Of a stretch of 64,000 bases of DNA, positions 10,126 through 19,371 are shown in pieces. This DNA comes from Polyangiaceae bacterium. GTDB taxonomy: Bacteria > Myxococcota_A > Polyangia > Polyangiales > Polyangiaceae. The position numbers and the translations under genes were made by a program. The notes below the pieces were generated by a model, which was not told where the DNA came from, did no database searches, and worked only from the letters and a program-made list of their open reading frames with translations. Where the stretch lies: NCBI GenBank assembly GCA_044376115.1, contig JBILLK010000001.1, forward strand, positions 192,001 to 256,000. Reading direction: 5' to 3'. Numbering within the stretch: the first letter of the stretch is position 1; each line of letters opens with the position of its first letter.

Positions 10126-11157
10126 ATGCAATTGTCCCAGCGCGCACGGCGAATTCTGCTGGCGGTGGTATCCGAATACATCGAAACGGGAGCACCGGTC
10201 GGCAGTCGAACTCTGTCCCGCCATCACGGCCTCGACCTTTCGGCAGCTTCGATCCGCAACGTGCTGTCCGATCTCGATGAGGCTGGCTACCTCACCCAGC
10301 CGCATACCTCGGCTGGCCGTGTTCCCACCGACCGAGCCATTCGGCTCTTCATCGATCTGTTGATGGAGGTAAAGACGATCGCTCCGGAAGACCGCGCGGA
10401 TCTTCGCGCCAAGGTGGCCGATATCTACGCCCGCAGCCCCGACCCGCTCGGTGATAGCGGCAAGTTGCTCTCTCAGCTGAGCGGCTCGGCCGCGGTGATT
10501 GCGCGGCAAAGCAAAGGGCGAACGCTGTCGCAGCTTCGCTTTATTCAGACTCGGCCGGGGCAACTGCTCGCGGTGTTGGTGTTCGAAGACGGGACGATCG
10601 AGAACCGCTTCATTGCCTCGGAGGGCGATATCGACGAAGCCGAGTTCACTCGCATCCACAACCTGCTCAGCGACGTGATCGAGGGGCGTACACTGGGCGA
10701 AGTTCGCGACCTGTTTGCACGGCGATTGGTCGATGATCGCATGGCGCTCGATGGTCTTCGTCGGCGTGCGTTTGGTTTGGCGCACCGTGCAGTGGCTGAC
10801 GTGGCAGATCGCAGCGAGCTGCGGATCGAGGGACAACATCAGCTGCTCGCGATGGCGGAGCACGGTGATATCGACAGGCTGAAGCGCTTGATGGTCGTGC
10901 TCGAAGAGCGCGAAGAAGTTGTGGCGCTGCTCGACCGTACGCTCAACGCCGGCAGCGTTACCGTGTTCGTTGGCAAGGAGACCGGGGACTTGGGAGCAGG
11001 CCATCTGAGCCTGGTGGTGGCGCCCTACTCGGAGAACGGACAGGTTGCTGGAGCCGTTGGCGTGCTTGGGCCAACACGAATGGACTACGCCAAGGTGATG
11101 CCGCTCGTGGATGCAACCGCCGAGGCCATGAGCCACGCCGCACGCAAGGCTCGTTGA
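10126..11157 (+). CDS. hrcA: Heat-inducible transcription repressor HrcA
   Basis: YIETGAPVGSRTL, SAASIRNVLSDL, QPHTSAGRVPT, GVLGPTRMDY. Confidence 0.97.
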   Translation: MQLSQRARRILLAVVSEYIETGAPVGSRTLSRHHGLDLSAASIRNVLSDLDEAGYLTQPHTSAGRVPTDRAIRLFIDLLMEVKTIAPEDRADLRAKVADIYARSPDPLGDSGKLLSQLSGSAAVIARQSKGRTLSQLRFIQTRPGQLLAVLVFEDGTIENRFIASEGDIDEAEFTRIHNLLSDVIEGRTLGEVRDLFARRLVDDRMALDGLRRRAFGLAHRAVADVADRSELRIEGQHQLLAMAEHGDIDRLKRLMVVLEEREEVVALLDRTLNAGSVTVFVGKETGDLGAGHLSLVVAPYSENGQVAGAVGVLGPTRMDYAKVMPLVDATAEAMSHAARKAR

Positions 11158-11169
11158 AGCCAGCCGCTC

Positions 11170-11200
11170 GCTGAGCCCGCTCGTTTGGGCGGTGGCTCAG
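11170..11200. terminator. Hairpin between convergent hrcA and fur
   Basis: GCTGAGCC...GGCTCAGC inverted repeat. Confidence 0.4.
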
Positions 11201-11209
11201 CAGAAGCCG

Positions 11210-11710
11210 CTAATTGCGTTGGCCTGCACCCTTTTTGGTACTTGCGTTGCAAGCCTGACAGATCCCGTAGAGTTCGAGCTTGTGCGTGGTCACTTGGAAG
11301 TTGTGACGGGCGGCGACGACGTCCTGAAGCTTCTCGATCCGGGGCTCTTCAAACTCGGTGATGCCACCGCAAGAGGTGCAGATCAGGTGGTCGTGATGAT
11401 CATCGTCGTCATCCGCCAGCTCATAGCGTGAAAGCCCGTCCCCGAACTTGCGCTCCGAGGCAACGCCACATTCGGCGAGGAGCTTAAGCGTCCGGTAAAC
11501 GGTGGCGTAGCCGATGCCCTTGTCGCGGGTACGCACGATTTCGAGCAGGTCTTCGATCGTTACGTGCGCGCGACCTTCGAGGAAGGTGTCTACGATCACA
11601 CGCCGCTGCGCCGTGGAGCGGAGCTTTTTCCGCGCCATATACAGCTCCAGCCGCTCGCGGAGCCTCGACCGAAGCGCATCATCCACGGGCCGGTGGGCGG
11701 GCTCGTTCAT
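11210..11710 (-). CDS. fur: Fur-family transcriptional repressor
   Basis: RSTAQR, GYATVYRTLKLL, HHDHLICTSCG and a C-terminal CQAC. Start could be 11710, 11722 or 11728. Confidence 0.93.
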   Translation of the reverse strand: MNEPAHRPVDDALRSRLRERLELYMARKKLRSTAQRRVIVDTFLEGRAHVTIEDLLEIVRTRDKGIGYATVYRTLKLLAECGVASERKFGDGLSRYELADDDDDHHDHLICTSCGGITEFEEPRIEKLQDVVAARHNFQVTTHKLELYGICQACNASTKKGAGQRN

Positions 11711-11843
11711 CGTGCGCACCATGGTCATCTTTTTTAGCGGCTGGCAGCAGGCGTCAAGCGGCAAGCCGGAGTTGCTGTGACTTGAACGAACTTGTGCGCG
11801 GCTTCTGTCCCTTGCGTCCGCAGCGACGCGCTAGGCTGCACTG

Positions 11844-13130
11844 GTGTCGAGCGACCCGGAGACAGTGAGCGGCCCACCAGAGGAACGGCGCATCGTCCTC
11901 TTGATGGCCGCAGTTCAGTTCGCGAACGTGCTCGACTTCATGATGGTCAACCCGCTCGGGCCACGCTTGGCGCAAGCGCTCAATGTCGGCGCCTCCGAGC
12001 TCCCGTCGATCATGGGCAGCTACACGGCCGCAGCTTCGGTCAGCGGGGTGCTGGGGCTATTTTTCCTCGATCGCTTCGACCGCAAGAAGGCTTTGGTTTT
12101 CACGCTCGTCGGCCTGGCCGTTGGAACGCTGCTCGGCGGACTCGCCACGAGCTTCACCACGCTGACACTCACACGCGTCTTGGCGGGTTGCTTCGGTGGA
12201 CCGGCGACGAGTCTGACGATGGCCATCTTGAGCGACACCGTGCCCGTACAACGCCGCGGTCGGGCTATGGGCGTCGTCATGGGGGGGTTTGCGGCGGCGT
12301 CGGTTTTTGGTGTTCCAGCAGGCTTGTGGTTGGCCACGTTGGGCGGCTGGAGAACGCCGTTCTTTGCTGTGGCAGCGGCCATCGCGGTGGCCGCGTTCTT
12401 TGCCATGCGTTTGCTTCCGCCGCTGGACGCCCACTTGGCTGGGCCCCGTCCGAACGTGCTGCGCGGGCTGCTACAGATGGTGAGCACGCGGGCCGTGCAG
12501 CTTTCAATGCTGCTCACCTCGGTGACGATGATGAGCGGCTTCATCTTGATCCCCAACATCGCGACGTTTGCCGAGTTCAACCTGCACTTTCCCGCGGAAC
12601 ATCTCGGATGGATGTACCTGCTCGGCGGTATCGCCAGCTTGATCACTACGCGAGTCGCTGGTCGCCTGATCGATATCGGCACGCCGACCCAAGTATCGAT
12701 GGGAGCAACCGTGGTGCTCGGGCTGGTGGTTTGGGCATGGTTCGCGGAGGGGGTCGCACTTCCCGTGTTGGTGCTCTCGACCGCGTTCTTCATCGCGATG
12801 GGTGCACGTGGAGTTGCGTTCAACACCACGAATTCGAAGGTGCCTCTGCCGGAGCAGCGCGCGCGCTTTCAGTCGGCGCAAAGCGCGGTGCAACACGCGG
12901 CAGCGGCGCTCGCTGCGTTTGCTTCTTCGAAGATCCTCGCTGAGCGTTCGGACGGTGGGCTCGCTCACATGGACCGCGTTGCCTACCTTTCGATCGGTTT
13001 GTCGCTGCTCGTGCCGGTGATCATGCTGCTCGTCGAGCGCGAGCTGCAACGCGTTCGACAAACCGCGCCGCTACAGCTGGGTGACCCGACCGATCTGCCG
13101 CGAGTGCAGAACGCCGACAACCCCTCCTAA
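11844..13130 (+). CDS. MFS transporter (DHA1/AraJ-like)
   Basis: About 12 TM helices; motif A-like LDRFDRKK and RRGRAMG. Confidence 0.9.
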   Translation: MSSDPETVSGPPEERRIVLLMAAVQFANVLDFMMVNPLGPRLAQALNVGASELPSIMGSYTAAASVSGVLGLFFLDRFDRKKALVFTLVGLAVGTLLGGLATSFTTLTLTRVLAGCFGGPATSLTMAILSDTVPVQRRGRAMGVVMGGFAAASVFGVPAGLWLATLGGWRTPFFAVAAAIAVAAFFAMRLLPPLDAHLAGPRPNVLRGLLQMVSTRAVQLSMLLTSVTMMSGFILIPNIATFAEFNLHFPAEHLGWMYLLGGIASLITTRVAGRLIDIGTPTQVSMGATVVLGLVVWAWFAEGVALPVLVLSTAFFIAMGARGVAFNTTNSKVPLPEQRARFQSAQSAVQHAAAALAAFASSKILAERSDGGLAHMDRVAYLSIGLSLLVPVIMLLVERELQRVRQTAPLQLGDPTDLPRVQNADNPS

Positions 13131-15341
13131 GAGCGCCGCAATGGGGACGAAGGCTGCCGGTAGTACACCGAGGGCCACGACGCCTACGCCGAGCACCGGG
13201 GGCAACGCTGCCATCGCGAAACTGACACGCGCGTCGATGCGCGACCGCCTCGCGAGCGCGAGCGCCAAAGCGGCATCGCGAAGATCATCCGAAGCGAGCG
13301 CCACGTCGTACTCCCGCGAGGCCGAGCCTGCAGCGCCCAGGGCGATCGAAATGCCGGCGGCGCCGAGTGCCACGTCGTCTGCAGCGGCGTGACCAATCAC
13401 TGCCACGGCCTCCCCTGCATCGGACAAGCGGCGGACTTCTTCAGCGCGATCCACGTTCGGAACCTCTGCGCGCACGTGCTCGATATCGAGCGACCGCGCG
13501 ATCGCGTCGCAGGTGTCTTGCGCGTCAGCCGACATCAGCACCGGTTCGATGTTGCTATCCAGCAGATGCTGAACCGAGGCGCGGGCTCCCGGGCGGATCC
13601 CATCTTGGAGGCCGATCAGCCCGACCAAACGGCCTCCTACGGCCACGAGCAAGACCGAACGGCCTAGCGCGGAGAGTTCGCCGATGCGCCACTCGGTTGC
13701 GGCGATGCCGATGCGTTGGTTGAGCATATGAGCGCGCGAGCCGATGCAAACTTCCTCACCGGCGCTGGTGATCGCGTTCACTCCGAGGCCCGGGTAGACG
13801 GTCGGGTTACGCACCGGGCCGGGCTTGATGCCGCGACTGTTAGCGGCGCGGAGAATCGCCAAAGCGACGGGGCTCGAGTCCGAGCGCGCAGCGCCGCTCG
13901 CGAGCGCCAGCAGCTCGTCTGCATTGAGGTTGGGACCTTTGACTTCGACCTCAGCGACCTCAGGTTCACCAAGCAACAGCGTTCCGCGAGCGCAGAAAAC
14001 CGCGACCGAGGCGCGGGAGGCGCGCTCCCATGCATCGGCGCTCTTGTAGGTGATGCCGCGCCGTTGAGCGAGCAAGATGCCACGCGCGATCTGCGTACTT
14101 CCGAGCGCCCCGATCAACGTCGTGGACAGGCCTGCCATCACTGCGACGGCGGTCATCGCCGCATCCAGCGGGCTGCGACTGATGGCAAAGGTGAGGCCGG
14201 CTGCGCCTAGCGCGGTGACCGCCGCCCAGCGCTCGACCAGCGAGCGTGATGCACGCGCAACCGAAGCGAGCGCATCAGCGCGACGCCGCGGATCGAGCAG
14301 GACGCGCGCAAAGGAGCGGTCGGGCCCGGACCAGGTGCAAATGCCGAGCAGACGTCCCGAGACCACGTGGGCACCGGCCACCACGGTGTCGCCAGCGCGA
14401 CGGCGTACAGGCGAGCTCGAGCGCAACCACGGCAGCACCTCGGCTTCACCTTCTTGAATCATGAGATCGACCGGAACGTCTTCGCCCTCGTCGACGCGAA
14501 CGCGCTCACCGGCGCAAAACCCTTGAGCCTCCGGCTCTTCCTGGCCGTCAGCGAGAATGCGCCGCCCGCTCAAGGTGAGCGCATGTTCGACCCAAGTACG
14601 CTCCTCGTCGACCGAACGCCGCGCCATTTCCAAAAGCCACGTCGTGGTCGCGGTGATGGTCGCGATCGCACCCGCGAGGCTGGCCGCTTCAGCGGCGATG
14701 AACGCTGGGGCCGACACCAACGCCCACACCGCTACCGCGACGGAAAGCGTTGGACCAGCGAGGATCGGGATGGGGCTGGGGTCCACCGGATCACGGGGGA
14801 TGGTCGCCGCGCGAGCAACGAGCACGCTCGCGCCGACCCCAGCCAGCACGATGCGCGCGAACAGCACCAAGCGGGTCTCCCCGGTGATGCCGAGCAATAC
14901 CGCCAGCGTGCCTGCAGCCACCGACAGGAGCAGCAGCAGGCCACCAACGTCGCGCGGTTCAGTCTCGATGCGCGGCGGCGGGTCGACGATCTGACCGCGA
15001 TCGATCTTTTCGACGAGCGCCCGCGAGTCGTCCAGCCGCAACGGGCTTGGGAGGTCCGCTTCCGGAACGATCGGCGAAAAGGCGTTCTCGACTGCGGCTC
15101 CGAGGTGTTCGTGCGTGACGTCAGGAACCGTTCGCGCGGGAGCAAGCGATACGGCGGCCTCGTGGGCATCGGTGGTCTCCCCGCCCCACGGAGCGAGGTA
15201 GGCGGAGCGACATGCTCCGGCGTTGCAAAAGTAGTGAAACTTCGAGTCGAAGAGCGCGACGTGGCCCGCCCGAAGTGGGTCGAGCATGGTGCCGCAACCC
15301 GAACAAGGCAGAGGCTCAGAGACGGGTCCGGCAGCTCGCAC
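13071..15341 (-). CDS. P1B (heavy-metal) ATPase-like protein with N-terminal TRASH/YHS-like domain; catalytic motifs degenerate
   Basis: Domain order and landmarks (GEDVPVD, GDTVVAG, RRGITYKSADAWE, PGLGV, LQDGIRP) follow P1B ATPases, but DKTGT reads CARGT. Confidence 0.8.
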   Translation of the reverse strand: MRAAGPVSEPLPCSGCGTMLDPLRAGHVALFDSKFHYFCNAGACRSAYLAPWGGETTDAHEAAVSLAPARTVPDVTHEHLGAAVENAFSPIVPEADLPSPLRLDDSRALVEKIDRGQIVDPPPRIETEPRDVGGLLLLLSVAAGTLAVLLGITGETRLVLFARIVLAGVGASVLVARAATIPRDPVDPSPIPILAGPTLSVAVAVWALVSAPAFIAAEAASLAGAIATITATTTWLLEMARRSVDEERTWVEHALTLSGRRILADGQEEPEAQGFCAGERVRVDEGEDVPVDLMIQEGEAEVLPWLRSSSPVRRRAGDTVVAGAHVVSGRLLGICTWSGPDRSFARVLLDPRRRADALASVARASRSLVERWAAVTALGAAGLTFAISRSPLDAAMTAVAVMAGLSTTLIGALGSTQIARGILLAQRRGITYKSADAWERASRASVAVFCARGTLLLGEPEVAEVEVKGPNLNADELLALASGAARSDSSPVALAILRAANSRGIKPGPVRNPTVYPGLGVNAITSAGEEVCIGSRAHMLNQRIGIAATEWRIGELSALGRSVLLVAVGGRLVGLIGLQDGIRPGARASVQHLLDSNIEPVLMSADAQDTCDAIARSLDIEHVRAEVPNVDRAEEVRRLSDAGEAVAVIGHAAADDVALGAAGISIALGAAGSASREYDVALASDDLRDAALALALARRSRIDARVSFAMAALPPVLGVGVVALGVLPAAFVPIAALLGGVVGVLHSRQIGRVTQL

Positions 15342-15342
15342 T

Positions 15343-16635
15343 TCAGCCCGTGGAGATCAGCCGCAAGCGCAGCGCGGCGAGGGCATCAGCGAGCCGGGAA
15401 GCCGCTAGATCGAGCTCCTCGATGGTTGCGATCAGCGGCGGTGTGAAGCGCAGGACCTGACCGCCCGCCATGGTGAGGAGCAACCCGTGTTCACGACAGA
15501 GCGCGAGAGCCTCACGAGCATCGACGCCCTTCTTGAGGATGAGGCCGCGCATCAAACCTAGCCCACGCTCGCCATCACAAAGCTCGGGAAAGCGTGCTGC
15601 GACTTCCTGGAGTTTGGCGGAGAAATGCGCTCCTTTTTCGCGAACCTGGGAGAGCACACCGTCTTTCGTCAGCACCTCGAGAACGACGCGCGCAGCACGG
15701 CTCGCAAGTGCGTTACCGCCAAAGGTGGATCCGTGGGTGCCGGGCGTGAGCACATTCGCGAGCTCTTCACGTACCAGCATTGCGCCGATCGGGAAGCCAC
15801 CGCCAAGGCCCTTGGCCAACGTGACAACGTCCGCACGTACACCGCTATGCTCCAACGCCAGCACGGTCCCGGTGCGGCCAATTCCGGTCTGCACTTCATC
15901 AACGAGCAGCAGCGCCTGCTGCTTATCGCAAAGCTCGCGCAGCCCTTGGAGGAATCCGGCTGGGGCCGGGAGAACGCCGCCCTCGCCTTGAACCGGCTCG
16001 ACGAAGATGCCGCACACATCGTCCGCTAGAACACGCTTGACCGCCTCGAGATCCCCATAGGGCACGTGGGTGACGCCGGGAAACTCGCCGAAGCCCTCGC
16101 GGTAGGAGGCCGTGCCGGTGAGATTCACGGTGGCGAAGGTGCGGCCATGGAAGGAGTTCTCGAAGGCGATGAAGCGCAATTTCTCCTTCTTGCCAAGGTT
16201 GTGTTGATAGCGGCGCGCGAGCTTGAGCATCGCCTCATTGGCCTCACCGCCCGAATTGCAGAAGAACGCCCGTGAAAATCCCGTAGCCGCGGTCAGCTCC
16301 TCGGCCAGCATGAGGTTCTGCTGGTTGAAGAAGTAGTTGGAGACGTGCATGAGCGTGCCGGCTTGTTCGCTGATGGCCGATACAAGTTTTGGATGGCTGT
16401 GTCCGAGCGCATTGACCGCCACACCCGCAGCAAAGTCCAAGTAACGCTTGTGCTCGCTGTCCTCGACGAAGCAACCGCTTCCCTTGACCAACACCATGGG
16501 CGCCTGCCGGTAGTTGCCGAGCAGATGCTTGCTTCCCAACGCCAATAGCTCTGCCGTCGAGAGCTCCGGGTTTACCTCCAGGCTAGAGGCGGGATCAAGC
16601 TCGGCTGAGAATTCATCTCGAGTTAGGCCACTCAT
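15343..16635 (-). CDS. argD: Acetylornithine aminotransferase (class III, PLP)
   Basis: YLDFAAGVAVNALGH, FCNSGGEANE, SFHGRT, EPVQGEGG, DEVQTGIGRTG, TLAKGLGGG, HGSTFGGN. Confidence 0.93.
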   Translation of the reverse strand: MSGLTRDEFSAELDPASSLEVNPELSTAELLALGSKHLLGNYRQAPMVLVKGSGCFVEDSEHKRYLDFAAGVAVNALGHSHPKLVSAISEQAGTLMHVSNYFFNQQNLMLAEELTAATGFSRAFFCNSGGEANEAMLKLARRYQHNLGKKEKLRFIAFENSFHGRTFATVNLTGTASYREGFGEFPGVTHVPYGDLEAVKRVLADDVCGIFVEPVQGEGGVLPAPAGFLQGLRELCDKQQALLLVDEVQTGIGRTGTVLALEHSGVRADVVTLAKGLGGGFPIGAMLVREELANVLTPGTHGSTFGGNALASRAARVVLEVLTKDGVLSQVREKGAHFSAKLQEVAARFPELCDGERGLGLMRGLILKKGVDAREALALCREHGLLLTMAGGQVLRFTPPLIATIEELDLAASRLADALAALRLRLISTG

Positions 16636-16791
16636 GGCCTTTACCTACGTCCATGGTGCCGCGCCGTAAATGACTCAGAGGAAACATAGGGGCGGAAACT
16701 GAAGAGCTCCGGTCGCTTCTGCCCCTCAGAAAAACGTGGGTCCTCGCCAAGTCACCGACGTGAACTGACTCTGGAAGCCCAACACGCGTGG

Positions 16792-16819
16792 TTGAAAGAA
16801 GCGGCGGCCAGGATATATT
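16792..16819 (+). promoter_or_regulatory. Putative sigma70-type promoter of grpE
   Basis: TTGAAA-N16-TATATT, ending 9 nt before the grpE ATG. Confidence 0.5.
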
Positions 16820-16828
16820 CGCGGCGCA

Positions 16829-17470
16829 ATGACCGACCCGGCAAACACAAAGGATGCAACGAGTGAGGCTGCGGGCCCCGCATCCTCGAAGGCTACCGAC
16901 ACGGTGACGTTCGCTGAGGAGGAGGTTCGTGCGGAAGAGCCGGCCCCTCAAGAGCCCAAAGAGCCGGATCCGCTGGAGGTAGCGAAGGCTGAGGCCAGCA
17001 AGTTCCGCGACCAACTGCTGCGTACAGCCGCTGACTTTGACAACTTTCGCAAGCGCAGCAGGCGAGACGTTGAAGACGCGACACGCAAGGGCCTCGAGAA
17101 AGCACTGAAAGAGCTACTCCCAGTGTTTGACAATCTGGAGCGCGCCACCCTCAGTGCGGAGGCTGCACCCGACGTCAAGAGTGTCGCGGACGGCTTGCGT
17201 ATGGTTGGCAAGCAGTTCACCTCAGCGCTTGAGAAGCTGAACGTGAAGCGGATCGAAGCTGTGGGGCGCCCGTTCGATCCCACGCAGCACGAGGCCATTC
17301 AACAGGTGGAATCAGCAGAACACGCGGCTGGGGTGGTCACTAACGAAGTCCAAGCTGGCTATTTGGTGGCTGATGTCCTGCTGCGAGCGGCGATGGTGGT
17401 GGTCTCCAAAGGTCCGCCGGCAGCCGCTGAAGCCGCCGAGCCAGAAACCCCGAGCGAGCCGGCAAACTAG
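16829..17470 (+). CDS. grpE: Nucleotide exchange factor GrpE
   Basis: [34 protein letters not shown]...[10 protein letters not shown]. Confidence 0.97.
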   Translation: MTDPANTKDATSEAAGPASSKATDTVTFAEEEVRAEEPAPQEPKEPDPLEVAKAEASKFRDQLLRTAADFDNFRKRSRRDVEDATRKGLEKALKELLPVFDNLERATLSAEAAPDVKSVADGLRMVGKQFTSALEKLNVKRIEAVGRPFDPTQHEAIQQVESAEHAAGVVTNEVQAGYLVADVLLRAAMVVVSKGPPAAAEAAEPETPSEPAN

Positions 17471-17535
17471 CCGAGTTTCGTTTGGTTCTTCGGGAACGTT
17501 GGGCAACTTTGTCGGTTTGAGTATGCTGGCTACGT

Positions 17536-19371
17536 ATGGGTAAAGTTATCGGCATCGATCTTGGCACGACGAACTCTTGCGTCGCTATTGTCGAGGGAGC
17601 CACAGCTTCGAGCCTCCACGACGTCAAGGTCGTTCCCAACGCCGAGGGAGCGCGCACAACGCCTTCCGTAATCGGCTTTCCCGCAACCGGGGAGCGCCTC
17701 GTTGGTCAGGTTGCCCGGCGACAAGCCGTAACCAACCCCGAACAGACCGTCTACGAGGTGAAGCGCCTCATGGGACGTCGCTTCGGTGATGATGAGGCGG
17801 TCAAGGCACGCGAGTTCGTACCTTACCGCATTGTCGAGGCCCCCAATGGTGACGCTTGGGTGAACGTTCGAGGGCGGGCGATGTCACCGCCCGAAGTGTC
17901 GGCGATGGTGCTCACGGCGATGAAGGAGATCGCCGAGACCTACCTCGGAGAACCCGTCACCGAGGCCGTGATCACGGTCCCCGCTTACTTCGACGACGCC
18001 CAACGCCAGGCCACGAAAGATGCTGGTCGCATCGCCGGTCTCGACGTCAAGCGCATCATCAACGAGCCGACGGCAGCCGCGCTCGCGTACGGTCTCGACA
18101 AGAAGGACGCTGAGGTCATCGCCGTCTACGATCTCGGCGGCGGCACGTTCGATATCACGGTCTTGCAGCTCGCCGGTGGCGTGTTCAGCGTCAAGGCGAC
18201 GGGTGGTGATACCCACCTCGGCGGGGTCGACTTCGACCAAAGGATCATCAACCTCCTAGCGGACGAGTTCGCGTTGGAGAGCGGCGTTGATTTGCGCAAA
18301 GACCGCATGGCTTTGCAGCGATTGAAGGAAGCCGCCGAGAAGGCGAAGCACGAGCTCTCCTCCTCTCTCGAGACCGCCATCAACGTTCCCTTCATCGCCG
18401 TTTCATCCTCGGGCCCGCTTCACCTCGAACGGACCATGAAGCGAAACGAGCTCGAGATGCTGTGCGGCGAGCTCGTTGAGCGAACGATCGACGCCTGCAA
18501 GCGCACGCTGCTCGACGCCAAGCTGAGCGTGGAGCACGTGAACACCATCGTGCTCGTTGGCGGTATGACGCGCATGCCTGCGATTGCCGCGGCTGTGAAA
18601 GGCTTCTTCGGAAAGGATCCATCCAAGGAGGTCAACCCGGATGAGGTCGTAGCCGTTGGCGCCGCCTTGCAAGGAGCCGCGCTCGCTGGGCAGATCGATG
18701 AAGTGCTGCTGCTGGACGTCACACCGCTTTCGCTGGGCGTCGAGACGGGTGGCGGAGTTGCAACCAAGCTCATCCCGCGAAACACCACGGTGCCGACCGA
18801 ACGCAGCGAGGTCTTCACCACCAGCGTGGACAACCAGAGCTTCGTGCCGGTACACGTTATTCAAGGCGAGCGTGAAATGGCCGCCGACTGCCGAAGTCTG
18901 GCTCGCTTTGAACTAACCGGGATTCCGCCGGCACCTCGCGGCATACCGAAGATTCAGGTCGCCTTCCGCATCGATGAGAACGGCATTCTTCGCGTTGAAG
19001 CGCGCGACTTGGGGACCGGCCGTGCGCAGGAGATCCGCATCACGGCCGCCAGCGGCCTCGCCGGTGATGAAGTCGATCGCATCGTCCGCGAAGGCGAGAA
19101 GTTCAAAGAGACCGACTCGCTCCGACGGGAACTGGCACAGCTTCGGAACCAAGCCGAGACGCTCGTGTACACCACCGAGCAGGCCCTCACGGGCTACTCG
19201 GACTTGCTCGAGCCACAACTTTTGGCCGAGGTGCAGACCGACGCCCACCAATTGAAGATGCTGCTGGAGGGCGGCGGTGATCTCGCGGCTCTTCGCGAGG
19301 CCTACGCCAAGCTCGAGAGCGCTGCCTTCAAGATCGCTGAGGCGATGTACGGCTCACCAGAAGGTGGGTGA
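17536..19371 (+). CDS. dnaK: DnaK/Hsp70 chaperone, short form without the acidic C-terminal tail (SglK-like paralogue inferred)
   Basis: [53 protein letters not shown]. Confidence 0.96.
   Translation: MGKVIGIDLGTTNSCVAIVEGATASSLHDVKVVPNAEGARTTPSVIGFPATGERLVGQVARRQAVTNPEQTVYEVKRLMGRRFGDDEAVKAREFVPYRIVEAPNGDAWVNVRGRAMSPPEVSAMVLTAMKEIAETYLGEPVTEAVITVPAYFDDAQRQATKDAGRIAGLDVKRIINEPTAAALAYGLDKKDAEVIAVYDLGGGTFDITVLQLAGGVFSVKATGGDTHLGGVDFDQRIINLLADEFALESGVDLRKDRMALQRLKEAAEKAKHELSSSLETAINVPFIAVSSSGPLHLERTMKRNELEMLCGELVERTIDACKRTLLDAKLSVEHVNTIVLVGGMTRMPAIAAAVKGFFGKDPSKEVNPDEVVAVGAALQGAALAGQIDEVLLLDVTPLSLGVETGGGVATKLIPRNTTVPTERSEVFTTSVDNQSFVPVHVIQGEREMAADCRSLARFELTGIPPAPRGIPKIQVAFRIDENGILRVEARDLGTGRAQEIRITAASGLAGDEVDRIVREGEKFKETDSLRRELAQLRNQAETLVYTTEQALTGYSDLLEPQLLAEVQTDAHQLKMLLEGGGDLAALREAYAKLESAAFKIAEAMYGSPEGG

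Noticed and set aside
10100..10126. Degenerate CIRCE before hrcA (CCAGCGCTA-N9-AAGTTCTTA)
   Set aside because: The spacing is right but only 11 of 18 positions match TTAGCACTC-N9-GAGTGCTAA, and it is a poor palindrome. Too weak to call.
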